Assembly (NCBI GenBank): GCA_035518995.1
Contig: DATIXC010000120.1
Span: 1-43,245 of the forward strand
Direction: 5' to 3'
Length of the DNA: 43,245 nt
Origin: Methanomassiliicoccales archaeon
GTDB lineage: Archaea; Thermoplasmatota; Thermoplasmata; Methanomassiliicoccales; UBA472
The first letter of the stretch is position 1. Each line of letters begins with the position of its first letter. The position numbers were made by a program, and so were the translations under genes. The notes beneath the pieces were generated by a model. The model searched no databases, was not told where the DNA came from, and was given only the letters and a program-made list of their open reading frames with translations. Below are positions 8,828 through 18,507 of the stretch, one piece after another.

Positions 8828-8879
8828 GCCTCTGGTCTCGAACGGAACGTGAGGGACGCTCTTCGCTCCACCTCCGGGA

Positions 8880-10487
8880 TCACTGGATATAGGTCTTGAA
8901 CTTCATCTGGGTGAGGCGGATGAACCTGGCCTCCTTGAAGTCCTTGAGCTTCAACATGTAATCCAGGACCTCCTTGGAGACGGTGTCGTCGACGGCCACC
9001 AGCATGACCGCCATTCCTCCGCGGCTCTCGCGGCCCACGCCCATCCTGGCGATGTTGATGTGGTTGTCGCCCAGCACGGTGCCCACGCGACCGATTATCC
9101 CGGGGACGTCGTTGTGCTTGGTCATGAGGAAATCGCCCTCTACCGGCATGTCCAGGTCGTACTCATCGATGCCCAGCAGCCTGGGCTGCGCTCCAGGGAA
9201 GACCGTCCCCCGCACCTCCCTCCTTATCCCGTCGGAGTCCAGCCTGACCGCCACCATGTTCACGTAGCGGGGCGACTCCTCGCTCTTGGTCTCCGCGACC
9301 TGGATGCCCTTCTCCTTGGCGATGGACGCGGCGTTGATGATGTTGACCTGCTGCTCGCCGATGATGTTGCTCAGCACCCCTATTATGGCCGAGGTGGTGA
9401 GGGATTTGGTGTCCACGGCGGCCAGCTCGCCGTAGAACGTGGTCTCGATCCTCTTGACCGGTCCATCGATGAGCTGGAAGGCGAACGATGCCAGCATCTC
9501 CGTGAGCGGGAGGAAGGGCATCAGCTTGGGGTCGATCTTGCTCAGAGGGGCGTTAACCGCGTTGGCCATCTTGCCCTCCATCAGGAAGGCCTTGACGCAT
9601 TCGGCCATCTCCAAGGACACCTTCTCCTGGGCCTCCTTGGTGCTGGCCCCCAGATGTGGCGTCATCACAATGTTGTCCAGCTCCAAGAGCTTGGAGCCCT
9701 TGGGGGGCTCGTGCTCGAACACGTCGAGCGCCGCCCCGGCGATGCGCTTGTTCTTGAGCGCCTCGTAAAGCGCGTCCTCGTCCACTATGCCTCCACGGGC
9801 GCAGTTGATGATCATGGCGTGAGGCTTCATCAGCTGGAACTGCTCCTTGCCCAATAGGTGCTTGGTGGACGGCGTCAAGGGCGCATGGATGGTGATTACG
9901 TCCGCCTCCTCGATGACCTTCTCCAATGGCAGGAGCCTGACCCCTAGCTTCACCGCCACCTCGGGCGGAAGGAAAGGGTCGTAGCCCACCATCTTCATCT
10001 GGAAGGCCTTGGCCCTCTTGGCCACCTCGGCCCCGACCCGGCCGATGCCTACTATCCCTAGGGTCTTTCCGTTCAGCTCGATGCCGGTGAACTTGCCTCG
10101 CTCCCACTTCCCCTCCTTGATCGAGACGTGGGCCCAGACGATCTTGCGCACCAGGGTGAGCATCATGGCCATGGTGTGCTCCGAGGCCGAGACGATGTTG
10201 CCCATGGGGGTGTTCATGACCAGGACGCCCTTGCGGGTGGCCGCCTCCACGTCGACGTTGTCCACGCCCACGCCGGCGCGGCCCACCACCTTCAGCTTCC
10301 TGCCCGCTTCGATGACCTCCTTGGTCACCTTGGTGCCGGAGCGGATGATCAGCCCCTCGTAGTCCCCGATTATCTTGATGAGCTCGTCCTGAGGGATGCC
10401 TGGCTTGACATCGACCGTCAGGTCGGACCCTTTGGTCAAGATGTCCAGGCCCTCCTTGGACAGCTCGTCGGTGATCAGAAGCTTCAC
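8880..10487 (-). CDS. serA: D-3-phosphoglycerate dehydrogenase (long form with ASB/ACT domains)
   Basis: GRAGVGVDNVD...GIVGIGRVGAEVAKRA...CARGGIVDE...HLGAST plus a C-terminal ACT-like segment. The GTG start overlaps the upstream stop (GTGA). Confidence 0.92.
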   Translation of the reverse strand: MKLLITDELSKEGLDILTKGSDLTVDVKPGIPQDELIKIIGDYEGLIIRSGTKVTKEVIEAGRKLKVVGRAGVGVDNVDVEAATRKGVLVMNTPMGNIVSASEHTMAMMLTLVRKIVWAHVSIKEGKWERGKFTGIELNGKTLGIVGIGRVGAEVAKRAKAFQMKMVGYDPFLPPEVAVKLGVRLLPLEKVIEEADVITIHAPLTPSTKHLLGKEQFQLMKPHAMIINCARGGIVDEDALYEALKNKRIAGAALDVFEHEPPKGSKLLELDNIVMTPHLGASTKEAQEKVSLEMAECVKAFLMEGKMANAVNAPLSKIDPKLMPFLPLTEMLASFAFQLIDGPVKRIETTFYGELAAVDTKSLTTSAIIGVLSNIIGEQQVNIINAASIAKEKGIQVAETKSEESPRYVNMVAVRLDSDGIRREVRGTVFPGAQPRLLGIDEYDLDMPVEGDFLMTKHNDVPGIIGRVGTVLGDNHINIARMGVGRESRGGMAVMLVAVDDTVSKEVLDYMLKLKDFKEARFIRLTQMKFKTYIQ

Positions 10488-11548
10488 TTCATCGCCTCCA
10501 ATGAGGCGTCCAGCGCGTGGAACAGGTCGTTCATGTCCTTCATGGTAAGGTCGCCCATGTGCCCGATCCTGAAGGTCGAGTCCTTGATTTTCCCGTAGCC
10601 GGGTGAGACCTCGAAGCCTCTGGACTTGAGCTCCTTGTCCAGGCGGGGGAACTCGAGCTTGCCCGACTCTACCACGGTGATGGTCTCCGATTCGTACCCC
10701 TTCTCCGGGTACAGCTTGAAGCGCTTCAGCGCCCAGGCCCGGGCGGCCTCCGCCATCTCATGGTGGCGTGCGTACCGGTGGGCCATGCCCTCCTTGAGCA
10801 TCTTGTCCAATTGGTAGTCGAGGCCGTACATCAGGGAGACCGGGGGGGTGGTCAGGGGCATGTCCTTGTCAGCGGACTTCTTGTACTCCAGCAGGTCGAG
10901 GTAGTACCCTCGCCCCTGGACCCTCTCCGCCGCCTTCAGCAGGCGGTCGGAGCAGCAAATTATCGCTAGCCCGGGCGGAAGCGCCAAGGCCTTCTGGGAG
11001 CCGAACACCAAGGCGTCGATGTCCAGCTCACGGAGCCTGAGGTCCACCGCTCCCACGGAGGTCACCCCATCCACGAAGACCAGGGGGTTGCCTTCCGCCT
11101 TGCATTGAGGGACCAGGTCCATGGTGGGGTTGAGCACGCCGGTGCTGCTCTCGTTGGAGACGATGGTGACGGCCTCGGTGGTCGGCTCCAGCTTCCCCGT
11201 CACGTCCGAGGGGCGTATGGCCTTCCCCCATGGCACCTCGACCCGCTTGACCTGCTTGGCGCAGGCGGTGCCTATGGAGGCCCAGCGATCGCCGAATGAG
11301 CCGTTGGTCAGCGATACCATCCGCTCGTGAACCCCGCAGCGGACGCACGCCTCAAGGAAGGCGGTGGCCGAGGCCGGGGCGAGGAAGATGTGCAGGTCCG
11401 TGTCCAAGACCTTGTGCAGCTTCTCCACTATTCCGTGCTGCAGGCTCGCGTACTTCTGCCCGCGATGGATCATCATGGGCTTGTCCATCGCCTGCATCGT
11501 GTCCTCGAAAACCTCGACCGGTCCAACGGTGAATAGCCTGTTGCTCAC
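10484..11548 (-). CDS. Class V PLP aminotransferase, probable phosphoserine aminotransferase (archaeal type)
   Basis: RLFTVGPVEVFEDTMQAM...FVDGVTSVGAVDL...FGSQKALALPPGL...FRIGHMG. The GTG start at 11548 is translationally coupled to serA. Confidence 0.85.
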   Translation of the reverse strand: MSNRLFTVGPVEVFEDTMQAMDKPMMIHRGQKYASLQHGIVEKLHKVLDTDLHIFLAPASATAFLEACVRCGVHERMVSLTNGSFGDRWASIGTACAKQVKRVEVPWGKAIRPSDVTGKLEPTTEAVTIVSNESSTGVLNPTMDLVPQCKAEGNPLVFVDGVTSVGAVDLRLRELDIDALVFGSQKALALPPGLAIICCSDRLLKAAERVQGRGYYLDLLEYKKSADKDMPLTTPPVSLMYGLDYQLDKMLKEGMAHRYARHHEMAEAARAWALKRFKLYPEKGYESETITVVESGKLEFPRLDKELKSRGFEVSPGYGKIKDSTFRIGHMGDLTMKDMNDLFHALDASLEAMK

Positions 11549-11816
11549 TGAGTTCCCCCCAGGGTTTCCTTGAAGCGCAAGGGCCCCTCATGCGATGGCG
11601 GCGCCAAAGGACTCTGCGCAGCTCTCCATGCGGGCCGCCGCAGGGTGGCGCGCGCCTAGGCGCAGGGCGACGTCCAGATGCTTAGCGGACCGGCACTTCG
11701 GAGCGGTACCAAGGGCATCGTCGTATAAGTCTTTGTTGGTGCGGGTCCGGCCCCCTCTGGCACCTATCGCCTGGACATCGCCCAGAGTCGTGTGGCCTTG
11801 ACGGGTCGACGCCTGC
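11549..11816. other. 268-nt GC-rich non-coding spacer; candidate structured RNA, long 5' leader of the serine operon, or a decayed CDS
   Basis: There is no credible ORF in any frame. Unlike every other intergenic spacer here it is not AT-rich. It contains the palindrome GCGCCTAGGCGC (11652-11663) and several complementary GC segments. Confidence 0.25.
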
Positions 11817-13250
11817 TCAGGTGCGGATCACGTGCTCGTTCTTGTCCCCTCTGCCGATCCCCTTGTACACGAAGCCCTTGGCGATGAACCTGTCGGGCTC
11901 CACCACGTTCCTTCCATCGACGATGACGGGGTTCTTCCTGCCGGTGAGGGACTTGGCCCGGACCGGGTCGAGCGCAAAGTACTCCTTGTGCGCGGTCATG
12001 ATGGCGATCCCGTCCGCGCCCCTTATGACCTCCTCCAGGTCCTTGATGATCTCAACATCGGGGTAGCTCAGCACGTGGGGATCGTGGATCCTGACCTCGA
12101 TCCCCGCCTCCAGGAGGAGGTCCAGGTAGGGCTCCGAGGGAGGGTTGCGGGCGTCGTCCGAGTCGTTGATGAAGGCCCACCCCAGGAGCGCGATCTTCGA
12201 GCCGCTTGGCTTCCTTCCGACCCTCTCGAGGGCTTTGACGGTGAGGTGGAACATATGCCTCGGCATGAAGTCGTTCACCTTCCTGGCGAGCACGTAGATG
12301 GAGTCCGCTCCCTCCGGGTAGTCCAGGTCAGCTTCGTGGATCTTCACGCCCCGCTCCAGATGGTAAGTGTCCTTGGTGAGGCAGTGGCCGCCCACGCCCG
12401 CTCCCGGCCAAAGTATGGCCCGGGTTATCCCGTCCCCTTTCAGGCTGTCGATGCCCGCCCTCACGTCGTACACGTTGACGCCCATGGCCTCGCAGTACAG
12501 CGCGAGTTGGTTCACGGCCGCGATCTGCAGGTCCCTGAAGGTGTTCTCCGCGGTCTTGGTGACCTCGGCCGCGGTGGCCGTCATCTTGATGATCTTCCCC
12601 TTCGTCATGACCGGCGCGTAGAGCTCGGCCGCCCTTTGCGTGCTGGCATCATCTATGCCCCCCACTATCCGATCGTGTTCCCTTATGTTCCTAAGGAGGC
12701 GCCCCACCATCACCCTTTCCGGCGCATGGGCCAGGGCGAAATCCTCGCCGGCAATGAGGTCTGACCTCTCCTCGAGGATCCCTCGGGCCATGCCGCCAGT
12801 GGTCCCGGGGGTGATGGTGGACTCGAGCACGACCAACATCCCGGGCTTCAGGTAATTTCCAACATTGCCAATCCCTTCGTTGAGCGCGGTGAAGTCGGGA
12901 ACGAGGTCCTTCGGGTTGGCGAAGGGGGTCTGGATGGCCAATGCCACGGCGTCCAGCTCAGATATCCTGGAGAAGTCGGAGGTGCACAGGAATTTCTTGG
13001 CGCCCACCACCTTCCTCAGCAGCTCCTCAAGCCCTGGCTCGTTTCCCTTCAGGGGGCTTTCTCCCCTGTTCAGCATGTCGATCTTGTATCCAGATGAGCT
13101 AGAGGCGCGCTGGAAACCCAGGACGAGGTCGAACTCCGGGGCATCAGCGAAGAGCGCCGCGGCGGGGATCCCTACGTATCCCATGCCTATCACGCCAATC
13201 TTCTTGATCGGGCCTCTCTTCGATAGCAGCGATCCAAGCTTGTCCGTCAT
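11817..13250 (-). CDS. UDP-N-acetyl-D-hexosamine 6-dehydrogenase (WecC/WbpA family)
   Basis: KKIGVIGMGYVGIPAAALFA...GHCLTKDT... is the UDP-glucose/GDP-mannose dehydrogenase family architecture. Trimmed to ATG 13250 (MTDKLGSLL...). Confidence 0.85.
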   Translation of the reverse strand: MTDKLGSLLSKRGPIKKIGVIGMGYVGIPAAALFADAPEFDLVLGFQRASSSSGYKIDMLNRGESPLKGNEPGLEELLRKVVGAKKFLCTSDFSRISELDAVALAIQTPFANPKDLVPDFTALNEGIGNVGNYLKPGMLVVLESTITPGTTGGMARGILEERSDLIAGEDFALAHAPERVMVGRLLRNIREHDRIVGGIDDASTQRAAELYAPVMTKGKIIKMTATAAEVTKTAENTFRDLQIAAVNQLALYCEAMGVNVYDVRAGIDSLKGDGITRAILWPGAGVGGHCLTKDTYHLERGVKIHEADLDYPEGADSIYVLARKVNDFMPRHMFHLTVKALERVGRKPSGSKIALLGWAFINDSDDARNPPSEPYLDLLLEAGIEVRIHDPHVLSYPDVEIIKDLEEVIRGADGIAIMTAHKEYFALDPVRAKSLTGRKNPVIVDGRNVVEPDRFIAKGFVYKGIGRGDKNEHVIRT

Positions 13251-13341
13251 CACGACCGTAATGCGAATGGTTCTCTTAATGCTTATTTCAACGTGGCTTG
13301 TTGGACGGAGCCTCCCCACACCACTTCGATTCAAGATCATC

Positions 13342-14358
13342 TCAGTGGTACTTCAGGCGCTCAAGGACCTCCTCGATGTCCTCCTCGGTGATGCCGCGAT
13401 GGGTCACGAACCTGACCAGGCTCCTTCCGAACGATGAGCATAGGACCCCGCTGCGCTTGGCCTTGGATATGAGCTCGGCCGACTTGCCCGGCGCGGTCTC
13501 GGCCACGACGATGTTGGTCTGGACGGTGGCCATGTCTATGCTCAGCCCCATGTCCGGCAAGCCCTTAGCCAGGAGCTTGGCGTTGTCATGGTCCTCCCTC
13601 AGCCTGGGTATCATCGTCTCCAGGGCGACTATGCCAGGGGCGGCGATGATCCCCGCCTGCCTCATCCCCCCGCCCAATATCTTCCTCGACTTCCTGGCGC
13701 GGTCGATGAACTCCTTGTCCCCCACCAGCACCGAGCCGACCGGGCAGGACAACCCCTTCGACAGGCAGAAGGTGACGCTGTCCACGCTCTTGGTGTACTC
13801 CTCGGGGCTGACGTCCAGGGCCACACAGGCGTTGAATATCCTGGCGCCGTCGATGTGCACCTTCATCCCGCGGTCGTGCGCCGCCCTCCCCACCTCCTCG
13901 ACCTCCCTCGGCGTCCAGCAGCACCCACCCGCTCGGTTGTGGGTGTTCTCGATGGCCACTAGGGACGGATTGGGATAATGCATCTCCCGTCCGCGGTAGT
14001 GCGCCTCCAGCTGCTCTGAGGTATAGACGCCGCGGTTGCCTTTGATCAGGCGCGGGATCACCCCGGCCACGGCGGACATCCCTCCAACCTCGTAGTAGTA
14101 GATGTGCGCCTCCGACTCGCAGTAAATCTCGTCGCCATGGCGGCAATGGGTCATGACCGATATCAGGTTCCCCGCCGTTCCGCTCGCGACCAGCAGCCCC
14201 GCCTCCTTGCCGAAGCGGTCGGCGGATATCTGCTCCAGGCGGTTGACGGTGGGGTCCTCGCGCGACACATCGTCCCCCAGCTCGGCCGAGGCGATTGCCT
14301 CCAGCATCTCCTTGGTGGGAAGGGTGACGGTGTCGCTCCTCAGGTCGATGGTCTTCAT
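13342..14358 (-). CDS. ltaE: Low-specificity L-threonine aldolase
   Basis: IDLRSDTVTLPTKEMLEAIASAELGDDV...ASGTAGNL...ENTHNRAGG...HIDGARIFNA. Confidence 0.85.
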   Translation of the reverse strand: MKTIDLRSDTVTLPTKEMLEAIASAELGDDVSREDPTVNRLEQISADRFGKEAGLLVASGTAGNLISVMTHCRHGDEIYCESEAHIYYYEVGGMSAVAGVIPRLIKGNRGVYTSEQLEAHYRGREMHYPNPSLVAIENTHNRAGGCCWTPREVEEVGRAAHDRGMKVHIDGARIFNACVALDVSPEEYTKSVDSVTFCLSKGLSCPVGSVLVGDKEFIDRARKSRKILGGGMRQAGIIAAPGIVALETMIPRLREDHDNAKLLAKGLPDMGLSIDMATVQTNIVVAETAPGKSAELISKAKRSGVLCSSFGRSLVRFVTHRGITEEDIEEVLERLKYH

Positions 14359-14367
14359 GCTCGCGCC

Positions 14368-15348
14368 TCAATTTGATATCTGCACCTTATGGCCGGAGCG
14401 CAGCGAGGCCAGCGCTCCCTCGCACACCTTGAGGTCGTTGAGGGCGTCCCGCCCGGCGGCCATGGGCGCCCTGCCCGAGGCCGAGGCCTTGAGGAAGTCG
14501 GCCAGCTCCAGCTTGAGCGGCTCCTCCTTCTTGACAGAGATCTTCCTCACATCCGTCTCCAGGGGGATGTGGAATGCGTCCGAGACATCGTACTCTTTTA
14601 TAGTGGAGGAAGAGACCTCCAGGCTTTGATCTATGTAGTCTAGCTGAACGTACCCACCACTGCAGGTGAGAGACACTTTGCGCACCTTCATGGGGGTGAG
14701 CCAGTTGACCTCGATGAAAGCCACAACGCTGCCTCCCATCTCGATCAGGAGGTTGGCATGGTCCTCGAAGGGCGAGTTGTTAAAGAGCCCGCCCAGGGCG
14801 AAGACGCTCCTCGCCTCGCCGCCGGTGATGTACCTGAGCACGTCGACGTCGTGTATCCCCAGGTCCAAGATGACGCCCACGTCCCTGATCCTAGTGGGGA
14901 ACGAGGACACCCTCCTGGATGCGAAGGTGATCAACTTGCCGAAGCGCCCCTCGCGCACGGCCTCCTTGGCAACGCCCACCACTGGGTTGTAGCGCTCCAC
15001 GAAACCGGCGCCCAAGGTGACGCCCTCCGTCTCGGCCATTTTGCACAGCTCGGCAGCCATCACGGAGCTCCCGGTGAAGGGTTTCTCGACCAGGAGGTGC
15101 CTCCCAGCCTTGATCGCCCTGCTTGCCACATCGAAATGAGTGGTGGTGATGGTGCACACGCTGACCGCCTCCACCTGGGCCAGGAGGTCCTCGATGGAGT
15201 CGAAGCATTTCACGCCGAACCTGGAGGCCACCTTCTTGCTCAGGGCACGGTCCACGTCGTAGACGCCTACGAGCTCGGCCAGCTCGGAATGGATGCGGGC
15301 GTGGTTCTGGCCCATGGAGCCCACGCCGATTACGCCCACCTTTGCCAT
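14368..15348 (-). CDS. Gfo/Idh/MocA-family NAD-dependent oxidoreductase (WbpB-like sugar-nucleotide 3-dehydrogenase candidate)
   Basis: MAKVGVIGVGSMGQNHARIH...LLVEKPF... Trimmed to ATG 15348. It ends 9 nt upstream of ltaE. Confidence 0.85.
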   Translation of the reverse strand: MAKVGVIGVGSMGQNHARIHSELAELVGVYDVDRALSKKVASRFGVKCFDSIEDLLAQVEAVSVCTITTTHFDVASRAIKAGRHLLVEKPFTGSSVMAAELCKMAETEGVTLGAGFVERYNPVVGVAKEAVREGRFGKLITFASRRVSSFPTRIRDVGVILDLGIHDVDVLRYITGGEARSVFALGGLFNNSPFEDHANLLIEMGGSVVAFIEVNWLTPMKVRKVSLTCSGGYVQLDYIDQSLEVSSSTIKEYDVSDAFHIPLETDVRKISVKKEEPLKLELADFLKASASGRAPMAAGRDALNDLKVCEGALASLRSGHKVQISN

Positions 15349-15437
15349 ATGACCGCAATCACAAAGGTCGCTAATTAACCCATTCCCTCGCATCCGCAAG
15401 GATTATTCCTACCTTAGGCGTACCTGGTGCGAGCAAG

Positions 15438-15620
15438 ATGAAGCAGACGCTAATGGAGATCCTCGCCTGCCCCAGGTGCAAGTTCCATCCGCTGGAGCTC
15501 ACGGTGACCAAGGAAGCGAAGGGGGACATTCTGACTGGTGTGATAACCTGCCCGAGATGCCACATCGACTACCCGATCGAGGACGGCATCCCCAACATGC
15601 TCATTCCCGAGGGCCGCTGA
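15438..15620 (+). CDS. trm112: Trm112-family zinc-ribbon protein
   Basis: LMEILACPRCK...VITCPRCHIDYPIEDGIPNML. Confidence 0.8.
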   Translation: MKQTLMEILACPRCKFHPLELTVTKEAKGDILTGVITCPRCHIDYPIEDGIPNMLIPEGR

Positions 15621-15621
15621 C

Positions 15622-16788
15622 CTAAAGCTTCTCCAACGCCTGCTCGATCCTCTTCATACCCTCGTGGATGTCGCTGCGGCTGGTGGCGTAGGAGATCCTT
15701 ATGTGACCCTCCCCAGCTGGTCCGAAGGTCGACCCTGGTGTCACCGCCACGTGCGCTTCCTTGAGCAGGTGCATGGTGAGGTCCTCCGATTTCATGGGCA
15801 GCTCGTACTTGGGGAACATGTAGAAGGCGCCCTTGGGCTTGGGGCAGCGCAGCTTCGGGATGCCTTGCATGTAGCCATACAGGAGGTCGCGCCGCGCCCT
15901 GAACTCCTCGATCATGGCCTTGACCGAGTCCTGAGGCCCCCGTAGCGCCTCCACCCCCGCCACCTGGGCGAAGGAGGTCGCATTGGTGAGGGATTGGGTC
16001 TGGAGCTTGTTGATCTCCTTGATGATGGGGGGCGGAGCCACGACCCATCCCAGCCTCCATCCGGTCATGGCATAGGTCTTGGAGAAGCCGTTGATGGTGA
16101 TGGTGCGCTCGAACATGTCTGGCAGCGCGGCGAACGAGTAGTGCTTGCCCTCGAAGATGATCTTCTCATAGGTCTCGTCCGAGAGGACCAGGAGGTCATG
16201 GTCCTTGGCCAGGTCGGAGATGCCTTGGACATCGCTCTTTTTTAGGACCGAGCCCAATGGGTTGGAAGGGGAGTTGACCAGGATCATCTTCGTCCTGGGG
16301 GTGATGGCTTCCGCCACCTCCTCCGGCAGCATGCGGTAGTCGTCCTCGGCCTTGACGATGACGTGCTTCGGAATGCCTCCCGCGAGCCGGATGATGGCCT
16401 CGAAAGTACCCCAGGCCGGATCAGGGATGACCACCTCGTCCCCGACGTCCACCATGCAGAGGAAGGCCATGAACAGGGCGAACTTGGTCGGGGTGATGAC
16501 GACGTGCTGCTCCTCGCAGGGTATGCCGTTCTCTGTCCGCGATTTCTCCGCCACCGCCCTGCGTAGCTCAGGCAGTCCGGCGGACGGGGTGTAATGGGTG
16601 AAATGGTCGTTGAGCGCCTTGATAGCGGCCTGGCATATGTTTTCGGGGGTGGGGAAGTCTGGCTCTCCGACGGAGAAGGAGACTATGTCCGCCCCTTCGC
16701 TCTTCAGCTTGCTGACCAAGTTGGAGATGCGTACCGTGCCCGATTCAGGCATCCTCATCATGCGCTCTGCTACCATCTCCCAGGCCAT
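15622..16788 (-). CDS. Class I/II PLP aminotransferase (aspartate aminotransferase-like)
   Basis: GEPDFPTP...LVNSPSNPLG...GFSKTYAMTGWRLGW...IRISYA. The start is ambiguous (TTG 16794, ATG 16788 or ATG 16776). Confidence 0.88.
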   Translation of the reverse strand: MAWEMVAERMMRMPESGTVRISNLVSKLKSEGADIVSFSVGEPDFPTPENICQAAIKALNDHFTHYTPSAGLPELRRAVAEKSRTENGIPCEEQHVVITPTKFALFMAFLCMVDVGDEVVIPDPAWGTFEAIIRLAGGIPKHVIVKAEDDYRMLPEEVAEAITPRTKMILVNSPSNPLGSVLKKSDVQGISDLAKDHDLLVLSDETYEKIIFEGKHYSFAALPDMFERTITINGFSKTYAMTGWRLGWVVAPPPIIKEINKLQTQSLTNATSFAQVAGVEALRGPQDSVKAMIEEFRARRDLLYGYMQGIPKLRCPKPKGAFYMFPKYELPMKSEDLTMHLLKEAHVAVTPGSTFGPAGEGHIRISYATSRSDIHEGMKRIEQALEKL

Positions 16789-16877
16789 GCCCAAGAGCGT
16801 ATTTTAGGCTTTGCAGAATCTACCTGGACCTTCGCTCGATCTCTTAACAATGGTTCTTATCTGTACAGCAAGGCACT

Positions 16878-16889
16878 AATGAATTCATT
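16878..16889. promoter_or_regulatory. Perfect 12-bp palindrome AATGAATTCATT in the divergent aminotransferase/pdxS promoter region
   Basis: Read directly from the sequence. It lies between the two divergent TATA-like elements. Confidence 0.3.
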
Positions 16890-16901
16890 TTATGCAAGGT
16901 T

Positions 16902-16909
16902 CATATAAA
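16902..16909 (+). promoter_or_regulatory. TATA-like box (CATATAAA) for pdxS
   Basis: AT-rich element about 35 nt upstream of ATG 16942. There is a GGTGAG Shine-Dalgarno at 16931-16936. Confidence 0.4.
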
Positions 16910-16941
16910 CGTTGGATATTAGAGTGGACCGGTGAGAATCA

Positions 16942-17850
16942 ATGCCTTTCGAACTCGACATGACCAAGCTCCGCTTCGGGACCGAGCTGGTTAAGAGAGG
17001 TTTCGCCAAGATGCAGCAGGGCGGCGTCGTCATGGACGTGACCAACGCCGAGCAGGCTGGCATCGCCGAGGACGCGGGCGCTGTGGCCGTTATGGCGCTG
17101 GAGCGCGTCCCTGCAGACATCAGGGCCCAAGGCGGCGTGGCCAGGATGGCAGATCCCCTGAAGATCCAGGAGATCATGGACAACGTCACCATCCCTGTGA
17201 TGGCCAAGTGCCGGATCGGTCATTTCGTCGAGGCCCAGATACTCGAGTCCATGGGCGTGGACATGATCGACGAGTCCGAGGTGCTCACCCCCGCGGACCC
17301 CTTCTATCACGTGGACAAGCGCAAGTTCCGCGTCCCGTTCGTCTGCGGAGCCAGGGACCTGGGCGAGGCCATACGCCGGATCGACGAGGGCGCGGCCATG
17401 ATCCGCACCAAGGGCGAGGCGGGCACGGGCAACGTCATCGAGGCCGTCCGGCACCAGAGGGCCATAATGTCCACAGTCCGCGAGCTCAAGGGAAAGGAGC
17501 AGGAGGAGCTCTCCACCATCGCACGCAAGATCGAGGCGCCATTGTACCTGGTCAAGGAGGTGGCCGAGCTCCAGAGGCTCCCCGTCATCAACTTCGCCGC
17601 AGGCGGGATAGCCACCCCGGCGGATGCCGCGCTGATGATGCAGCTGGGCAGCGATGGGGTGTTCGTCGGTTCAGGCATCTTCAAGTCGGACAACCCCGAG
17701 GAGAGGGCCAAGGCCATCGTCGAGGCGGTGACCAACTTCGACGACCCCCAGGTCCTTGCCGAGGTGTCCAAGGGGCTGGGCGAGGCCATGAAAGGGATAG
17801 AGATCTCCACCATCAAGCCAGAGCAGCGCCTTCAGGAGCGCGGCTGGTAG
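16942..17850 (+). CDS. pdxS: Pyridoxal 5'-phosphate synthase, synthase subunit
   Basis: [53 protein letters not shown]...[10 protein letters not shown]. Confidence 0.95.
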   Translation: MPFELDMTKLRFGTELVKRGFAKMQQGGVVMDVTNAEQAGIAEDAGAVAVMALERVPADIRAQGGVARMADPLKIQEIMDNVTIPVMAKCRIGHFVEAQILESMGVDMIDESEVLTPADPFYHVDKRKFRVPFVCGARDLGEAIRRIDEGAAMIRTKGEAGTGNVIEAVRHQRAIMSTVRELKGKEQEELSTIARKIEAPLYLVKEVAELQRLPVINFAAGGIATPADAALMMQLGSDGVFVGSGIFKSDNPEERAKAIVEAVTNFDDPQVLAEVSKGLGEAMKGIEISTIKPEQRLQERGW

Positions 17851-18507
17851 TCAGGGGATCGAGGCCAGTACCCTGGATGTGACATCAGGGACCGTCAGCA
17901 GCTCGTCACCCAGCGATATCCTCTCATCGGCCATTTCGTAGACTGGGCTATGATAGTCACCTTCCGGGAACCCTCCGACGAGGACGGCCAAGTGCCCCTC
18001 GATGGACGGCCTTAGCACCTGGGCCAGGTCCCGCTTCTCGCCCGTAGGTGTTAGGGCCACGATCTTGTCTGGCACTAGTCTTCGGAGCAGGCTCTTCAAG
18101 TCCATGCTCCTCTCCAGCCGCAGGCCCCGCCCCCCTTTCCCCACGTTCCCATTTTCTAAAAGTTCGCTGAATGTGCGCAGGAATGGGATGTATTGATGCT
18201 CTGGCCGATACCTATTCCCTACGAAAACGACCTCATCGCTCCTGATGTGGATGTAGGTGCTGAGCTTCCCTTGACGGATGGCCTTGGACCCTTGGGTCAA
18301 GAGCAGGAAGGAATGAACGATGTCCGGCCTTCCTCTCCTGCCCGCATCTTCCAATCCTTCCACAAGGTATCGATGCAGCGCCCTGTCCAGCACGATGATG
18401 CCCTGCAGATCCTCGTCATCCGCGCCGTTAGTCCTCGCCTTTTCGGATTCTTGCACGAAGAGCGGCAAGCGCTCGATCTCGGCGTCTACCAGGACCAGGG
18501 AGATCAT
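17851..18507 (-). CDS. nep1: rRNA small-subunit pseudouridine methyltransferase Nep1/Emg1
   Basis: RGRPDIVHSFLL...YIHIRSD...GGFPEGDY. The ATGA overlap couples it to purP. Confidence 0.85.
   Translation of the reverse strand: MISLVLVDAEIERLPLFVQESEKARTNGADDEDLQGIIVLDRALHRYLVEGLEDAGRRGRPDIVHSFLLLTQGSKAIRQGKLSTYIHIRSDEVVFVGNRYRPEHQYIPFLRTFSELLENGNVGKGGRGLRLERSMDLKSLLRRLVPDKIVALTPTGEKRDLAQVLRPSIEGHLAVLVGGFPEGDYHSPVYEMADERISLGDELLTVPDVTSRVLASIP

Noticed and set aside
11595-11801. 68-aa ORF inside the GC-rich spacer
   Set aside because: It is an Arg/Ala/Pro-rich peptide (MAAPKDSAQLSMRAAAGWRAPRRRATSR...) with no Shine-Dalgarno or promoter. It looks like a chance open frame in GC-rich DNA.
11549-11816. 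Possibility that the GC-rich spacer is SRP (7S) RNA or RNase P RNA
   Set aside because: I could not find the helix-8 signature (…GGAA…AGCA… around a GNAR loop) on either strand. I also could not find the RNase P CR-I/CR-IV motifs (GAAAGUCC, ACAGAA). The GGUGGCGCGCGCCU stretch resembles the SRP Alu-domain helix 3 only superficially, and 268 nt is short for an archaeal SRP RNA. A covariance-model scan is still needed.
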